Positions 1-12,958 are shown, counted from the stretch's first letter. The stretch is DNA of 64,000 bases from Octopus vulgaris (GCA_951406725.2 OX597814.1:152086001-152150000), one strand, 5' to 3'. Numbers and translations: made by a program. The notes: a model not told the origin generated them from the sequence alone.

Positions 1-1976
1 AGAAAAAACGGTCAATCTTCGAGCGATAAACAAAAAGGTCAAAAATATATGTATATATATATAAAAAACTTATAAAATTATAAAATCCGAGGAAAAAACC
101 GAGGAAAAAACCTATTGCCGTTAATGAAGACAGTACAAATTAATGCATAGAAATTAAACCTGTTATAAATACTGCAATACATATTTATATTAAAATCCAC
201 ATATATATATCAACATACACAAAAGGATGCGCGTAAACGCCATACATACATATACAGACGTATGAATATGAATCTAAATTATACACATAAAAGCATGTGT
301 ACATATATTCACGCAAACCGTCTCGCACGCAAGCTAAAATTCATCTATGTAGCAATTCTCATATACTGAGCAAGGAGGGGGAACGAAAGAAAGGGAAAGA
401 GAGAAAAAGAAACGAAGGAGGGGTGGGGAAAACTTGTAGCGATATTATTGACATCTATAGAGGCCAGTATACATACACAAGTTTGAATTGATACATATAC
501 ATACCGTCGTGTGTATGCGTGCTTAAGCACAAGCATACTTTCACTTACACATACACAGATACGCATGCTTACAAATATATATGCTTTGCTATATACAAAC
601 TTATATAAACATTCTAAATTTGACAACATTGCTTTTTTTAAAAAAAACATTGCTTTTAAAAAATGGGTGCATTAATAAAAATATATACGAAAGACATATA
701 AAATAAAATATAACATCCTATTTTGGGTCATTTATAAATAATCAAGGTAATATAAATAATCAAGGTAATCTTATGCAATACAATAACATGAAAACAAAGT
801 TTGTAGGTTTTTCCTAATATATATGTAGAAACAATAAGACTTTGCTATAGTTCCGTCGTAGCGCTCAAGAGTCAAAATCAAAATCAAAAAATCAAAATAC
901 AAAATATATACAAATATAATTTCAAGTGCAGGCTCTGCTTATTAGAAAAAATGCACATATTATTCAAAGACAATAATTCTTTGAATCAAAGAAGTGAATT
1001 AATGAACTTATGTAGGCACACGGCTAAATTTAAAATGTCGAATATAAATATACCATATGGATAGAGTATATATTTTGTATTTTGATTTTTTGATTTTGAT
1101 TTTGACTCTTGAGCGCTACGACGGAACTATAGCAAAGTCTTATTGTTTCTACATATATATTAGGAAAAACCTACAAACTTTGTTTTCATGTTATTGTATT
1201 GCATAAGATTACCTTGATTATTTATATTACCTTGATTATTTATAAATGACCCAAAATAGGATGTTATATTTTATTTTATATGTCTTTCGTATATATTTTT
1301 ATTAATGCACCCATTTTTTAAAAGCAATGTTTTTTTTAAAAAAAGCAATGTTGTCAAATTTAGAATGTTTATATAAGTTTGTATATAGCAAAGCATATAT
1401 ATTTGTAAGCATGCGTATCTGTGTATGTGTAAGTGAAAGTATGCTTGTGCTTAAGCACGCATACACACGACGGTATGTATATGTATCAATTCAAACTTGT
1501 GTATGTATACTGGCCTCTATAGATGTCAATAATATCGCTACAAGTTTTCCCCACCCCTCCTTCGTTTCTTTTTCTCTCTTTCCCTTTCTTTCGTTCCCCC
1601 TCCTTGCTCAGTATATGAGAATTGCTACATAGATGAATTTTAGCTTGCGTGCGAGACGGTTTGCGTGAATATATGTACACATGCTTTTATGTGTATAATT
1701 TAGATTCATATTCATACGTCTGTATATGTATGTATGGCGTTTACGCGCATCCTTTTGTGTATGTTGATATATATATGTGGATTTTAATATAAATATGTAT
1801 TGCAGTATTTATAACAGGTTTAATTTCTATGCATTAATTTGTACTGTCTTCATTAACGGCAATAGGTTTTTTCCTCGGTTTTTTCCTCGGATTTTATAAT
1901 TTTATAAGTTTTTTATATATATATACATATATTTTTGACCTTTTTGTTTATCGCTCGAAGATTGACCGTTTTTTCT
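1..1976. repeat. Large inverted repeat: arms 1-911 and 1066-1976, 154-bp spacer 912-1065
   Basis: Position i pairs with 1977-i. The mirrored ORFs 345..650(-)/1327..1632(+) and 297..491(+)/1486..1680(-) translate identically. The left arm runs off the window start. Confidence 0.97.
912..1064 (+). pseudogene. C-terminal fragment of a Penelope-like element GIY-YIG endonuclease ORF
   Basis: Open frame KYNFKCRLCLLEKMHILFKDNNSLNQRSELMNLCRHTAKFKMSNINIPYG*. It matches the CxLCLxEK...LNxRSE...CRH C-terminal signature of PLE ORFs. Confidence 0.8.
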
Positions 1977-2065
1977 AAAGGGCCAATCAAACAAGTCCAT
2001 TTCTTTTTAAAGGTGTAGCGTTTGTAAGAGTATAGATTGAATTAATATATATGTTCCATTCTAGC

Positions 2066-2114
2066 AAAAACTGTCTGATGAACGGCAACGAGAAACTCAG
2101 AGTAACAGATTTTG
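2066..2114 (+). ncRNA. Type I hammerhead ribozyme motif
   Basis: aaaaaCTGT-CTGATGA-a cg gcaa cg a-GAAA-ctc a gag-TA-ACAG-atttt. Stem I is ctgt/acag, the core is intact, stems II and III are short, and the cleavage triplet is GUA. Confidence 0.75.
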
Positions 2115-2228
2115 TTGAATTTTCTGCTGCTTAAAATAAAGCATATTACTCTACCACTGGTATTTGAGTACTCTTTTTTCCACCTTGTTTCACATTTATG
2201 TGTTTACTCCGGTATATATATATATATA

Positions 2229-2650
2229 TCTCTTATTATAAAAGGCAGATTTTATCTGCCTCCCTTTGGGAGTTATACAAATCTACAATATAGGATTTCT
2301 TCAATTACAATTTACCTAGCAATTTTAAGAGTACAACGCATCGCGTCATGCCAGGTCCAGTTTTTAAAATTTAAACTCCAATTAAGCAAAATTTACAGAA
2401 AACTCACATTCTGGTGTGTGTGTCAAATGCTTTTCTTAGTCTGGTTTACACCACACGCAAACGCACACACACAGTGGGCAACGAATAAAATGAAAGTAAA
2501 TAGAGACAGAGTGATTTGAGGAAGACTAAAGTGAAAGTATTCTGTCCATGACGCTGATAGATACATGAGTAAAATGTATGGGAAGCTAAGAGCTAAGAGT
2601 GAGTGAAAATGTTCTTGGAAGAGAGTAATTAGTATTAAAGTAAACATACA
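2229..2650 (+). mobile_element. Possible 5' part of a non-autonomous Helitron-like element
   Basis: Starts TCTCTTATTATAAAAGGCAG directly after (TA)n. No 3' hairpin or CTAG was found. Confidence 0.3.
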
Positions 2651-2659
2651 CTCATACAT

Positions 2660-2696
<37 letters not shown>

Positions 2697-2901
2697 TACA
2701 TACACACACACATACATACATACACACATACATACATACATACATATACATACATACACACATATACATACATACATACACACATACACACACAGTATTG
2801 AAGCTTGAGAACAATCAGATACATTTGCAACACATCTGTTGAAAATATTATTGTTCACACACATACATATACATATATACATACAGACAGACAAACAGAT
2901 A

Positions 2902-2939
<38 letters not shown>

Positions 2940-2984
2940 ATCCAGCATGGCCACAACCTCAAGGCTGAAACATATAAAAGAATA

Positions 2985-3355
2985 ACAGAATATAAATGTG
3001 TGCAAAGTACAAGAAATATTAATGCAGTATATGGGGATTGGACAAAAAGCGTAAGGCAGTGTCAATGGTGGTTCCAGAAATCCCGAGCCATAAACTACAG
3101 CCTAGAAGACGAGCCTCATCCTGAAAGATCTGTAGAACTCGACAAGGACATCCTGAAAACCCTGGTGGAACAAAATATCATCGTAACTGTTGAGGAACTA
3201 GCAGAGAAGCTTGGATTTGGTCATTCAACCATTCATTGACACCTGTGTGCTATCGGAAAAGTCAGCAAATTGGGTCAATGGGTTCCTCACGAACTTTCCG
3301 AGTCTAATTGCATGCAGAGAGTGAATGTATGCTTTTCTTTGCTGTCATATCTCAC
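2985..3355 (+). mobile_element. Mariner transposase N-terminal remnant (HTH region to WVPHEL)
   Basis: RNINAVYGD..VRQCQWWFQK..SLEDEPHPERSVELDKDILKTLVEQN..TVEELAEKLGFGHSTIH*HLCAIGKVSKLGQWVPHELSESN. Confidence 0.9.
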
Positions 3356-3374
3356 CACTACTGCGCTATGTATA

Positions 3375-4010
3375 TCTATATATATAAAACTGTAGTTGTG
3401 TGAGTGTCTGTCCCCTTCGATTTAGATTCCTAACTACTCCCACATTTTGCGGTACCGTTTAACCAAATTCGGGTAGCTTATAGTCGTGATTCATATCAAG
3501 CCCGTCTGAATATTAGCGCGCGTCTACGATGAGTCTACGATTTTAAAAATAATTTAACATCATTTTTTATTCCATTTTAATGCATAATTTTTCGTGTGTC
3601 GATGGCGGCGGAGTTGGCGTCCACGCTCACACCTGCACCTGTGGGGAAGGGAGTGTAAGGAAATCAACGTCGTAATGCGTTGTCAAGGAGACCAGTGTTC
3701 TTTTAGAACAACGACTTCATGGCTTGAAGACACCAAAACAGAAATGGCTAAGAAAGCGTCTACATGAGTACGATTTTTAAAAAAATTTACCATCGTTTTT
3801 TTTTCCATTTTAATGCATTTTTTCGCTATTATATAAGGGAAGTAACTCTCTAAAAATGTCTACGATGAGTCAACGATTTAAAAAAAAATTTACCATCATA
3901 TTTTTTCCATTTTTAATGCATTTTTTGCTATTTTTTGGCTATAACTCTCTAAAAATGCTTATATAGTTATTTCCCTTACAAACCCGAGCAACGCCGGGCG
4001 ATACTGCTAG
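3375..4010 (+). mobile_element. Non-autonomous Helitron
   Basis: 5' TC, 3' hairpin cccgagcaacgccggg followed by CTAG, inserted between A and T. An internal ~60-bp motif (gtctacgatgagt..cgattttaaaaa..ccattttaatgcat) occurs three times. Confidence 0.8.
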
Positions 4011-4061
4011 TATATATATATACATATATATATATATGTATATGTATATAAATATATATAT

Positions 4062-4438
4062 TATATAAAATCTGTTCTGTCTGTGTGTGTGCATGTGTGT
4101 CTTCTAGGATCTCGGGCATCCTCCATGCAGTTGCGCTAAAATTTGATATGTAGATACCGACGGTATCAGGACTAAGTCTTGAAAAAATTACAAAAATCGG
4201 TTCCAAGTAAGAATGCGATCGATAAAGCCGTGGGAACGTGCATTTGTAAAAATCGTTTTTCTTGGAATAGAAAAAAGTCTATCTTTATTTCTTCTTTTGC
4301 TGGTGTCTCAAATTTAGGTTAAATCAGTGTTTCTCAAAGGGGAGGCCTATGGGACGGTCGGACAAGTTTTTTTGAGAAAATATGGTTTAAATGTATGACA
4401 ACTCAGCACCGTCCATTGGACGGGTGGGAGTTTTGCTC

Positions 4439-4439
<1 letters not shown>
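4062..4439 (+). mobile_element. Second non-autonomous Helitron-like element, in tandem with the first
   Basis: tatataaaatctgttctgtctgtgtg start. Subterminal hairpin ccgtcca-t-tggacgg, then a CTCG|T end (degenerate CTAG|T). Confidence 0.6.
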
Positions 4440-4498
<59 letters not shown>

Positions 4499-4554
4499 AT
4501 GTATTTATGTATGTATATGTATAAATATGTAAATACATAATATATGCGGTGTCA

Positions 4555-4608
<54 letters not shown>

Positions 4609-4654
4609 TTATGTATGTATATGTATAAATATGTAAATACATAATATATACATG

Positions 4655-4713
<59 letters not shown>

Positions 4714-4737
4714 CTGTGTGTGTGTAAATACATACAG

Positions 4738-4768
<31 letters not shown>

Positions 4769-5383
4769 AATGATGAAATAGATACGTTACATAACGTAGT
4801 TCTAGCTAACCTTAAAATGATGGGATGGGCATGGTTGTAATTGTAATGTATTTAAACATAGGTTTGTTTCTATAATAGTTGATCTGGTTGAAACCACAAC
4901 ATTACTAGCAAGAACAGATGTTATTATTCGTATTTGAAATCACAGTTTGACGCCAAAACCCCGATGGTGATAAATCTCTTGTATTTCCATGTTTACGAAC
5001 AAGACAACAAATATTTAACCAGATTCACTTCTAAAATTTATTTGTTCGCGCTGTTATTTATTTATTTATTTATCTATCTATTTATTTTGACGGTTTCTAT
5101 CTTCCTAGGTGTCTACAAAATTATTTGTACTTCTTGACGATAATTTAAATAGAATTGTATTTTATGATACACGCTAAAATATATACACATGTGCATATAC
5201 ATATGTATGTGTGCGTGTATATGTGCGTGCGTGTGTGTTTGTTTGTATGCATATATATATATGTATATATATATGTATATGTATATTTATTTATATATAA
5301 ATAAATAACACATACGCACATACAGATATACACATTTACATATATACACACATAAACGGATGTGTACATATGTATATATACAT

Positions 5384-5422
<39 letters not shown>

Positions 5423-5718
5423 CATATATGCATATATATATATACATAAATATATACATACAGACACACTCACAGACACGCACACATATATCGAGGAAAA
5501 TGTGAGAGAAGTGCATATTTATATGTATGTGTCTCTGTATACACACATTCATACAGCCATGCATCCATACATACTCGCACATACCCACACACATGTTTAC
5601 ACACGTTTTTCAGTTGTTTTGGTCTGTTCCGTTGTTGAGTTTGTTTTTGTCATCACAGATAAAACCTGTGATAAATGTTCAATGTTTTTTTTTCTATTGT
5701 TTCCGTGTTTGTCTAAAG

Positions 5719-6132
5719 CAGAGGTCGGTGACCTTTTTATATTATTGACCTCTTCATAAAACCGCTGATAACATAACGATTCTCATCATGTAAATTTCTA
5801 AAATAAAATTAAAATGTATGAATAATTTTAAAAATTCTAGATTTAAAAATAATATTTCTTCGTTATTTTGTGTCATTACCGCTTATTGATAAGAGATATG
5901 AAAATACTTAATGATATTGATAAAGAACAATAACATTCATTTGTTATAATGATTTAATCGAATTATTTAATGTGAAAAATATGTATCGATATTTGGCAGG
6001 AAAGTAGTAAGTTTTGGCCAGATTCAGTTCGTTAATAATTAAAATGTGCAAAGTTCTTTCTAATGTTTATCGAACCTTTGGATAGTCACAGAGATCGCCA
6101 GGGGTCAATAACGATCACTTTGCCAACCTCTG
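5719..6132. mobile_element. hAT (Charlie-like) MITE
   Basis: Imperfect terminal inverted repeats cagaggtcggtga.. and ..ttgccaacctctg around an AT-rich non-coding interior. Confidence 0.55.
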
Positions 6133-6348
6133 TTGTAGTGGCACAGTATTTCTCTTGACTTTTTTCTATTGGTGGATTAACGAACTGGGAGTGCTGCTCT
6201 ACTTTTGTTGTAGCCTTTTACAGATAACAAATACGAGACGCTAGAGGAAGATGTATCAAAATACATTTCAAAGGTCTTAGCAGAACCTTCGATCAAGTTT
6301 TGTAGACTAGTTGGGAGGCAGTTTGATAAGTGCGTGCTTTTAAATGCC

Positions 6349-6505
6349 CATGCGTGGCTGTGTGGTAAGAAGCTTGGTTCCACACCACACGGTTCGAGGT
6401 TCTGTCCCACTGCGTGGCACCTTGGACAAGTGTCTTCTACTATAGCCTCGAGCCGACCAAAGCTTCGTGAGCGGATTTGGTCGACTGAAACTGAAAGAAG
6501 TCCGT

Positions 6506-6577
<72 letters not shown>

Positions 6578-7115
6578 CGCGCGCGCGTGTTCCACACACA
6601 TATACATATATGGCCCAGTGGTTAAGGCAGCGGACTCGCGGTCGGAGGATCGCGGTTTAGATTCCCAGACCGGGCGTTGTGTGTGTGTATTGAGCGAAAA
6701 CACCTAAAGCTCCACGAGGCTCCAGTAGGAGAAGGGCGACCCCTGTTGTACTATTTCGCCCCAACCTTCTCGCACTCTTTCTTCCTATTTCTTGGGTAAC
6801 GCCGCGCTGGACTGCCGTCCCGTCCAGCTGGGGGGGGGGGAACACATACGCCACAGAAACCGGGAAACCGGGCCCACGAGCCTGGCTAGGCTTGAAAAGG
6901 GCGCATAAATAAATAAAAATGTGTGTGTGTGTGTATGTATTTGTGCGTTTGTGTCTGCATTTGCCCCCTACTATCACATGACAACCGATGTTAGTGTGTT
7001 TATGTCCCTGTAACTTACAAAGAATAAGTCCAGGGGTTGATTTCTTCGAGTAAAAAGGATGTGCTCCAGCATGGCCACAGTCAAAATAACTGAAACAAAT
7101 AAAAGAATAAAAGAA
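6349..7115 (+). mobile_element. tRNA-derived SINE with an internal microsatellite, interrupted by a second SINE
   Basis: A/B-box-like head (tggctgtgtggt..ggttctgtccc) and cttggacaagtgtcttctactatagcctcg body. The tail resumes at ~6920. Related copies lie at ~30750-30910(-) and ~60140-60295(-). Confidence 0.75.
6608..6915 (+). mobile_element. tRNA-derived SINE nested in the previous SINE
   Basis: tggcccagtggttaaggcagcggactcgcgg..ggtttagattccc head. Homologous to 61950-62192(-). Confidence 0.8.
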
Positions 7116-7431
7116 TATATAGTTTCCTGATGCGAAGGTCTGGAATAGGAAGGGCTAGGATCAGACAATGTTTCCTATTCTGTCTTCATTTTATGCCAAA
7201 GTTTACGTCTATCAAGATTAACTTATGGTAATGTTTATAGGAATATATTCAACTGCTTGTCAACTTTGACAAGTCTGAGGGAAATGTTTCGAAAGCAGAT
7301 ATCTGTTGTTGATCTATCATGAACGTTGCTTTTTTCAATGGTAGAACAGAAAATGATGTCAGCTTCTTTGATTCCCTCAAACTGAAACGGATTGTAAACA
7401 ACTGCCGTAATAGTTGATTGACAAAAAATAA

Positions 7432-7648
7432 TACTTTCAAATTTTGACACAAGGTTAGTCCTTTCGGGAGGGGGGCTAAGTCGATTACATCCACCCCACT
7501 GCTGAACAGGTACCTATTTTTTCGATATCGAAAGAATCAAAGGCAAAGTAGACCTTGGCGTAATTTGAATTCAGAACGTAAAGACGAACGAAATGCCGCT
7601 AAGCATTTTGCCCGGTTTAGTAACGGTTCTGCCAGCTCGCCGCCTTAA
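7432..7648 (-). mobile_element. tRNA-derived SINE with Nin/Deu-like central domain
   Basis: Reverse complement of the 61072-61300 family (ggcggcgagctggcagaa..gaattcaaattacgcc..ctttgcctttg). Confidence 0.8.
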
Positions 7649-8500
7649 GGACAATGTAATATTGGCTATACAGTAAGACGGTATAGTGAAGACTGGAATG
7701 TTTGTGATCAGGTGTGCTTGATCAGGGCTAACTTGGGACTAGACAACAAACATACACACGCTGCTTCCTCTCCATGGTGCTGCTAATGTTAGTGAAATAT
7801 TTTTAGTAGAGATATTTTTATTGAAATTTCGTTATTAAAATAATAAAATTAGTAAATTCTTTTTAACAAAATTTTGAATGATTGTATGCCACTGTTAAAT
7901 GCAAATAATGGTATGTTATGCAACAGGAATTTGAGAGACGTTGTTCAAATGCTCGTGTAGAATCCAAACAACTTTCTTATGATTACCCTATTGAAAATTA
8001 ATTTCCTTCCAAACTGAATGTAATGAAATAGTAAACTAGAAATTGTTGATTAAAAAAATAATAGAATTCAGCAATATCAAGGGGAATGTGAAATAATTGA
8101 CTACTGAAAATGCTCGTTCTAAAATAATCAATTCATCACGATTGATGTTGAAAAGTTAATCTTTTGAAGAAAAATGACTACCTGCCACACATTTTTATAA
8201 CCATAATTGTAAATTGATACCTTTTATGTAAATTATAGAGCTGAGAAGTTAGTGTTGTGATCAGTTCAAAAGTAATTCAGTTTCGGGAATAAGAAAGATC
8301 AAACAGTAAACTTATTAAATGAATGTAGATCATATTCTTAATATGTGTCCTTAATTTTTCGTTTGAAAGAAAACATCATAAAATAACATAAAATTTAATT
8401 TTCCACCTATTGGAGGAAAATACTTTGGATTGTCAGTAGAGGGAAACAGTGTGGAAGCCCGTTGCATATATATATATATATTTATATATATATACACGCA

Positions 8501-9428
8501 CAGGGTGCGATGGGTAAATTATCGCCATTTTATATTTTTTAATTTTTAATTTCATGCATGCGCATTGTTTGTGTTTGATTTTGTCGACTGCACAGTGTAG
8601 TAGAGTCAGTTGGGCAGCGTCTGTGAGAAAAGCAGCACCATGACGTAATTATCTCTGCCAGAAATTTGGAAATGACATGCTGTTCTGCTTGGCATTCGTG
8701 CCGGAATTTCCAATTTATTTATTTTATTTTATCTAGTTTCAGCTCACGAGCTGTGGCCATGCTGGGGCACCGCCAATACGAACATTTCAGAGTGTTTGGG
8801 TGTCAATCTTAGGACAGTGCAATCTGAGGACATGCACCGAAAGTGATAAAAATCAAACATCCAGTCAACATCATGGTGTTTGGAATTATCATTAGTGATG
8901 GCGATGTTATACCTCCATTTATCTTCCCACACGGCCTCAGACTCAACACTGAGGTAGTGCTGCCCTGGGTCAAGAGGGTGGCTGCTGAAAAACCCTGTGT
9001 CCGGCCACAGGATTCTGTACCATGCCATACAAGCAGGAGAACCCAATCATGGCTGTCAGACAATTTCTGCGACCACATCACCCCAAACATCTGGCCACCT
9101 AACTCCCCAGACTGCAATGCCCTTGATTATTAGGTGTTGGGCGCAGTTGAGCGAGAGACCATCAAAACTTCTTGTAACACCAAAGATGAACTTAAGGCAA
9201 GGATTATGGCAGCATTCACCAACAAAGGAACCGTCCAGAATAATTGCAGAAGATTCTGAAGTCGTCTTGACGCCGTGGTTGAAGCCAATGGAGATTTTAT
9301 TGAATAAATTTACTCTTTTAGTATTTCAAGATATTTTTATGCAATTTTGGTAAATATATCTGTTAAAAGGAAATGTCAGTGCTATTTTCATTTTTGCGTA
9401 ATTTAGACAATATATTCCCCGTACCCTG
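8501..9428 (+). mobile_element. Tc1/mariner DD37D (maT-type) transposon, internally deleted
   Basis: KHPVNIMVFGIIISDG...QDSVPCHTSRRTQSWLSDNFCDHITPNIWPPNSPDCNALDY has 37 residues between the 2nd and 3rd Asp. Degenerate TIRs cagggtgcg../..cgtaccctg. Confidence 0.85.
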
Positions 9429-12175
9429 TATGTATATGTATATATATATATATGCACATATGTGTACGTGAGTTTCTATATCTGCGTTTGTTACTTCTGC
9501 TGATGGTGTGTTTACGTTCCTATGACGCAGCGTTACCAGACTTTAAGCAGTGGGGTCGATTTGTTCAACAAAAACTACACATGGCGGTGACCCAGTATGC
9601 CCGAAGTCCAACGAATGAAGAAGCAAAACAAAAGTGAAAAAAATATTTACTTGTTTGGGTTTAATAAATGGCATAATTAAACTGTGAGATCATACGTTAC
9701 AAAGGCGCACAATAAGGATTGAACTTTTAGACTACACAGTTTGCTGCATTAAAATATTACAGCAAGGAGGGATACGTAAGATTGGGGGTGGCGTTGCATC
9801 ATTTTGGATGACAAATGCAGAATGGTTAGCACTTCGGATAAAATGCAAAATGATATTTCTTTCTCATTACGTTCTGACTTCCAATACTGTCTGAGGTTTC
9901 TATCCTTCTGGAGTCGATAAAATAAGTACCGATTAAGCATTGCAGTCTATGTAATAGACTTGCTCCCACCTACTAAAAATTGCCGATCTCGTACCAAAAT
10001 TTGAAGCCGTTATTCAGTCTGAAAAGAAGATATGAACCCAGCTTCTCTAGCTAAAGAAAACCCCGTTATTTATACAGTACTCCACTATTCAGAGCAGTGA
10101 AACTCGGAGTATTGAACGATGAATGTTTTTACTATGGACTGCATATCACGAGAGACATAATTTGTATCATAAAACTTTCGTTTAATTAATATTTAACGTC
10201 ATTGATTAGTAATTTTCTTATCTAGGAATGATATTGATTTCCAACTTTGGCACAACGCCATAAATTTAGCATCGAAGAGACGGTCGATTGAATATTCCCT
10301 TGAATTTATTATAATATATCCGGAGTATTATATTGACTCCAAAGAGATGAAAGGCAAAATCAGTTCCGGCAGGATTTGAACTTGGAACCTGGAGAGGTCA
10401 GAAGTAAATATTGATAGTATCTAATCCGACAATCTACTGTTTTTGCCTTTTCATCAGCTATTTCACCTTATCAATGAATATATTGGGAAATTATCAAAGG
10501 AAAGCACCTTAAGTTTTGAAAATTACAACCATACAGTTTAATTTACGTAAAAAAAGGCAAGTTAAGCTAATGAAAGTATCAGATGATATAAAATTTTCAG
10601 GGAACATAAAAATATTACAATAATGACTTACTTTGACCAGAAAAAAGTGTAAATTTTTGATAAAATTTAATGTGCTGATGTGAACTAGATGAAAAAATGA
10701 TTACAGGCAAATGTGGGATGAATTCAGACCAATGAGTTATAGAGTTAAGCAATCCGAATCTAGGCTCGCTTTTACTGCTTGCATCCTTGTTCAAAGGCAT
10801 TGTTCAAATACATTTTAAACACACTAAAACCCGGTACTTTTGAATGAGAAGTGGTTATCAGTCAGGATGAAATTCAACAACATCGGATAGATTTGCAGAT
10901 GTAAAACATAGAAAGGAGAAGTAGTATAATAATTTCTCTGTCCCAGAACCATAAACGCATAAGAGAAAGGAATGAGATCCGGTAGACTTTCTAGATGATG
11001 ATAATCATTTCACAAATTCAACACACCGAGAGCTGTCCTTTAGTGTACGGGTTATCAGAAAATATGAAAACAATAGATACACACATAGACACAAAGCTAC
11101 ATGTTATAAAAAAAATTATCTTCCATTAAATCGACTCTGCAGTATATTAGTACTATTTTATCGATTATTAACAATTGAAACGCAAAGTCGATCCTAGCAG
11201 CATTTGAACTTCATTAACCTTTGTCAATCGTTTCTATCATCTACTGTCATAAGACAATGTTACAAAGGGCACAATCACCGATTTCTGTATCGATAAGTCA
11301 TTATGTAAGGAAAGAATGAATGCCAGACAAAATGTCTTGCGGTATGTAGATATATCTGTTTTCATTATGAGTTCAGATCCCACAATGGTCGACTTGCGAT
11401 TTACAAACTAGATACCAGAAATATATTGGATTTGATACAGTCAGCAGCTGCATTCTTTCACCAAATACTGACATTTTGTGAAAATGAAAAAATAATTATT
11501 TTATCAAGTAATTCTGATGAATGATAGAAGAGACAGTGTTTTGGACTCAATTCATAGCAATACTTTTGTTTCAGAGGACAATAGTAATGTTTTAAGGTCG
11601 ATTTAACTGACTTTACGCTTCCTAAAGAATATGTGTATTAAGCTGAAGTTTAAAACAATTATGTCGACAGACTACAATGGTACAATAGTTTGACATTATG
11701 TTACAGTCTTATTTGAAGAACAATAAGTAGGATTTTGGTAAAATGTAACTGCGATACCAGATAAAGCCATTTCGTACCCCCAAATCTGCTAGTATCCTAA
11801 TATAGGTCATGTGTCTGGAATTATATGAAATCAATAAATTCGAAGCGAACCTGTCAGAGTTTTCGTTCTTCTCTAGTAATTACGTTGTAATAGTTTTTTC
11901 TTTATTTTTAAAAAAAATTTATGTCTGAATTTGTGGACAATAATGTCGTTAGTTATAGGTCTCCAACGTGATAATTAGTGCTTCACTACATTGCAAACAG
12001 CTGGAGTGACAAGGGAGTGTTTATAATTCAGTACAAAGAACTTCGTTCGAAAGCCGCTGGTTCTTCGCCGACGTTTACACCCTTTACCGATAGACATTGG
12101 TACTAAAAGATGTACATATATATACACAAACACATACGTTATTGAAATTTGATACGATATTTAGCTAGGGAAGGA

Positions 12176-12237
<62 letters not shown>

Positions 12238-12242
<5 letters not shown>

Positions 12243-12499
12243 ATTCGAAGTGTACAGTATTATATATCCATCACGGCTGATCTTACCGATCGATTTCGCG
12301 CTAGGGGCACAACGGAGTGTTAGGTAACAATCCGATGATATAACCCTAATCTCATCAGAGTTTGCAGATATGGAATGAAATATGTCGAGTCGCCATATAA
12401 TCGTATTGTTACCTAACACTCTCTTGTACCCCTAGCGCGAAACCGATTGATAATATCACCTGTGATGGATACATAATACTGTACAACTTCGGATAATAT
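12238..12499. mobile_element. Fold-back MITE-like element with ~90-bp imperfect inverted arms
   Basis: 12241-12331 pairs with 12405-12496 (tgtacagtatta..atccatcac..tttcgcgctaggg..gagtgttaggtaacaat), leaving a 73-bp loop. Confidence 0.75.
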
Positions 12500-12590
12500 C
12501 CTCACTCTGTTGACAGATGTACGAGTGCATCTTTTTCCTGATTTATGAACTTTTAGACGACTTACACGCGCGTGTATGCACACACGCACA

Positions 12591-12629
<39 letters not shown>

Positions 12630-12632
<3 letters not shown>

Positions 12633-12958
12633 TAAAGACCCCCTTCGGTCGTGCATGTTAATGGGACAGCACCTGGAAAGTTACCCTCCGAGGCACAAGT
12701 CCAGGCAAGGTTATGGAAGACCAGCAGTGGCCCATCTATACCAGCCTCCTCTGTCCATGCCATCGATGTTATCCAAGAGAAAGGAAAAGGCAGATACAGC
12801 TCGACACCAATGACATCGCAACTCATTTCTACAGCTGAGTGGACTGGAGCAACGTGAAATAAAGTGATTTGCTCAAGAACACAGCGTATAACCCTGTCCG
12901 GGAATCGAACTCACTACCCCATGATTGTGAGCCCAACGCTCTACCCACTAATCCATGC
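12630..12958 (-). mobile_element. tRNA-derived SINE
   Basis: The minus strand reads ggtagagcgttgggctcacaatcatgggg..gagttcgattcccggac (tRNA-like A/B boxes). A related head lies at ~13497-13775(+). Confidence 0.75.

Larger units (their letters stand above)
912..2212 (+). mobile_element. 5'-truncated Penelope-like retroelement (ORF tail plus 3' UTR/pseudo-LTR with hammerhead), with an inverted pLTR copy upstream
   Basis: PLE ORF tail, long 3' UTR, hammerhead motif at 2066-2114, ending in a (TA)n tract. Segment 2057-2205 recurs at 14586-14764. Confidence 0.75.

Noticed and set aside
345-1680. Duplicated 101-aa and 64-aa ORFs as genes
   Set aside because: They are chance frames in the PLE 3' UTR, duplicated only because of the palindrome.
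4485-5759. YI, CV, HT, LSIY and poly-N/I/R ORFs here and throughout the window
   Set aside because: These are translations of microsatellites.
6608-6680. tRNA gene (also at ~12890, 15230 and 61072)
   Set aside because: The tRNA-like heads run straight into SINE bodies and lack a full acceptor stem.
7241-7405. Selenoprotein exon suggested by the in-frame TGA after CC
   Set aside because: No recognisable selenoprotein motif or SECIS was found, and decay is the simpler explanation.
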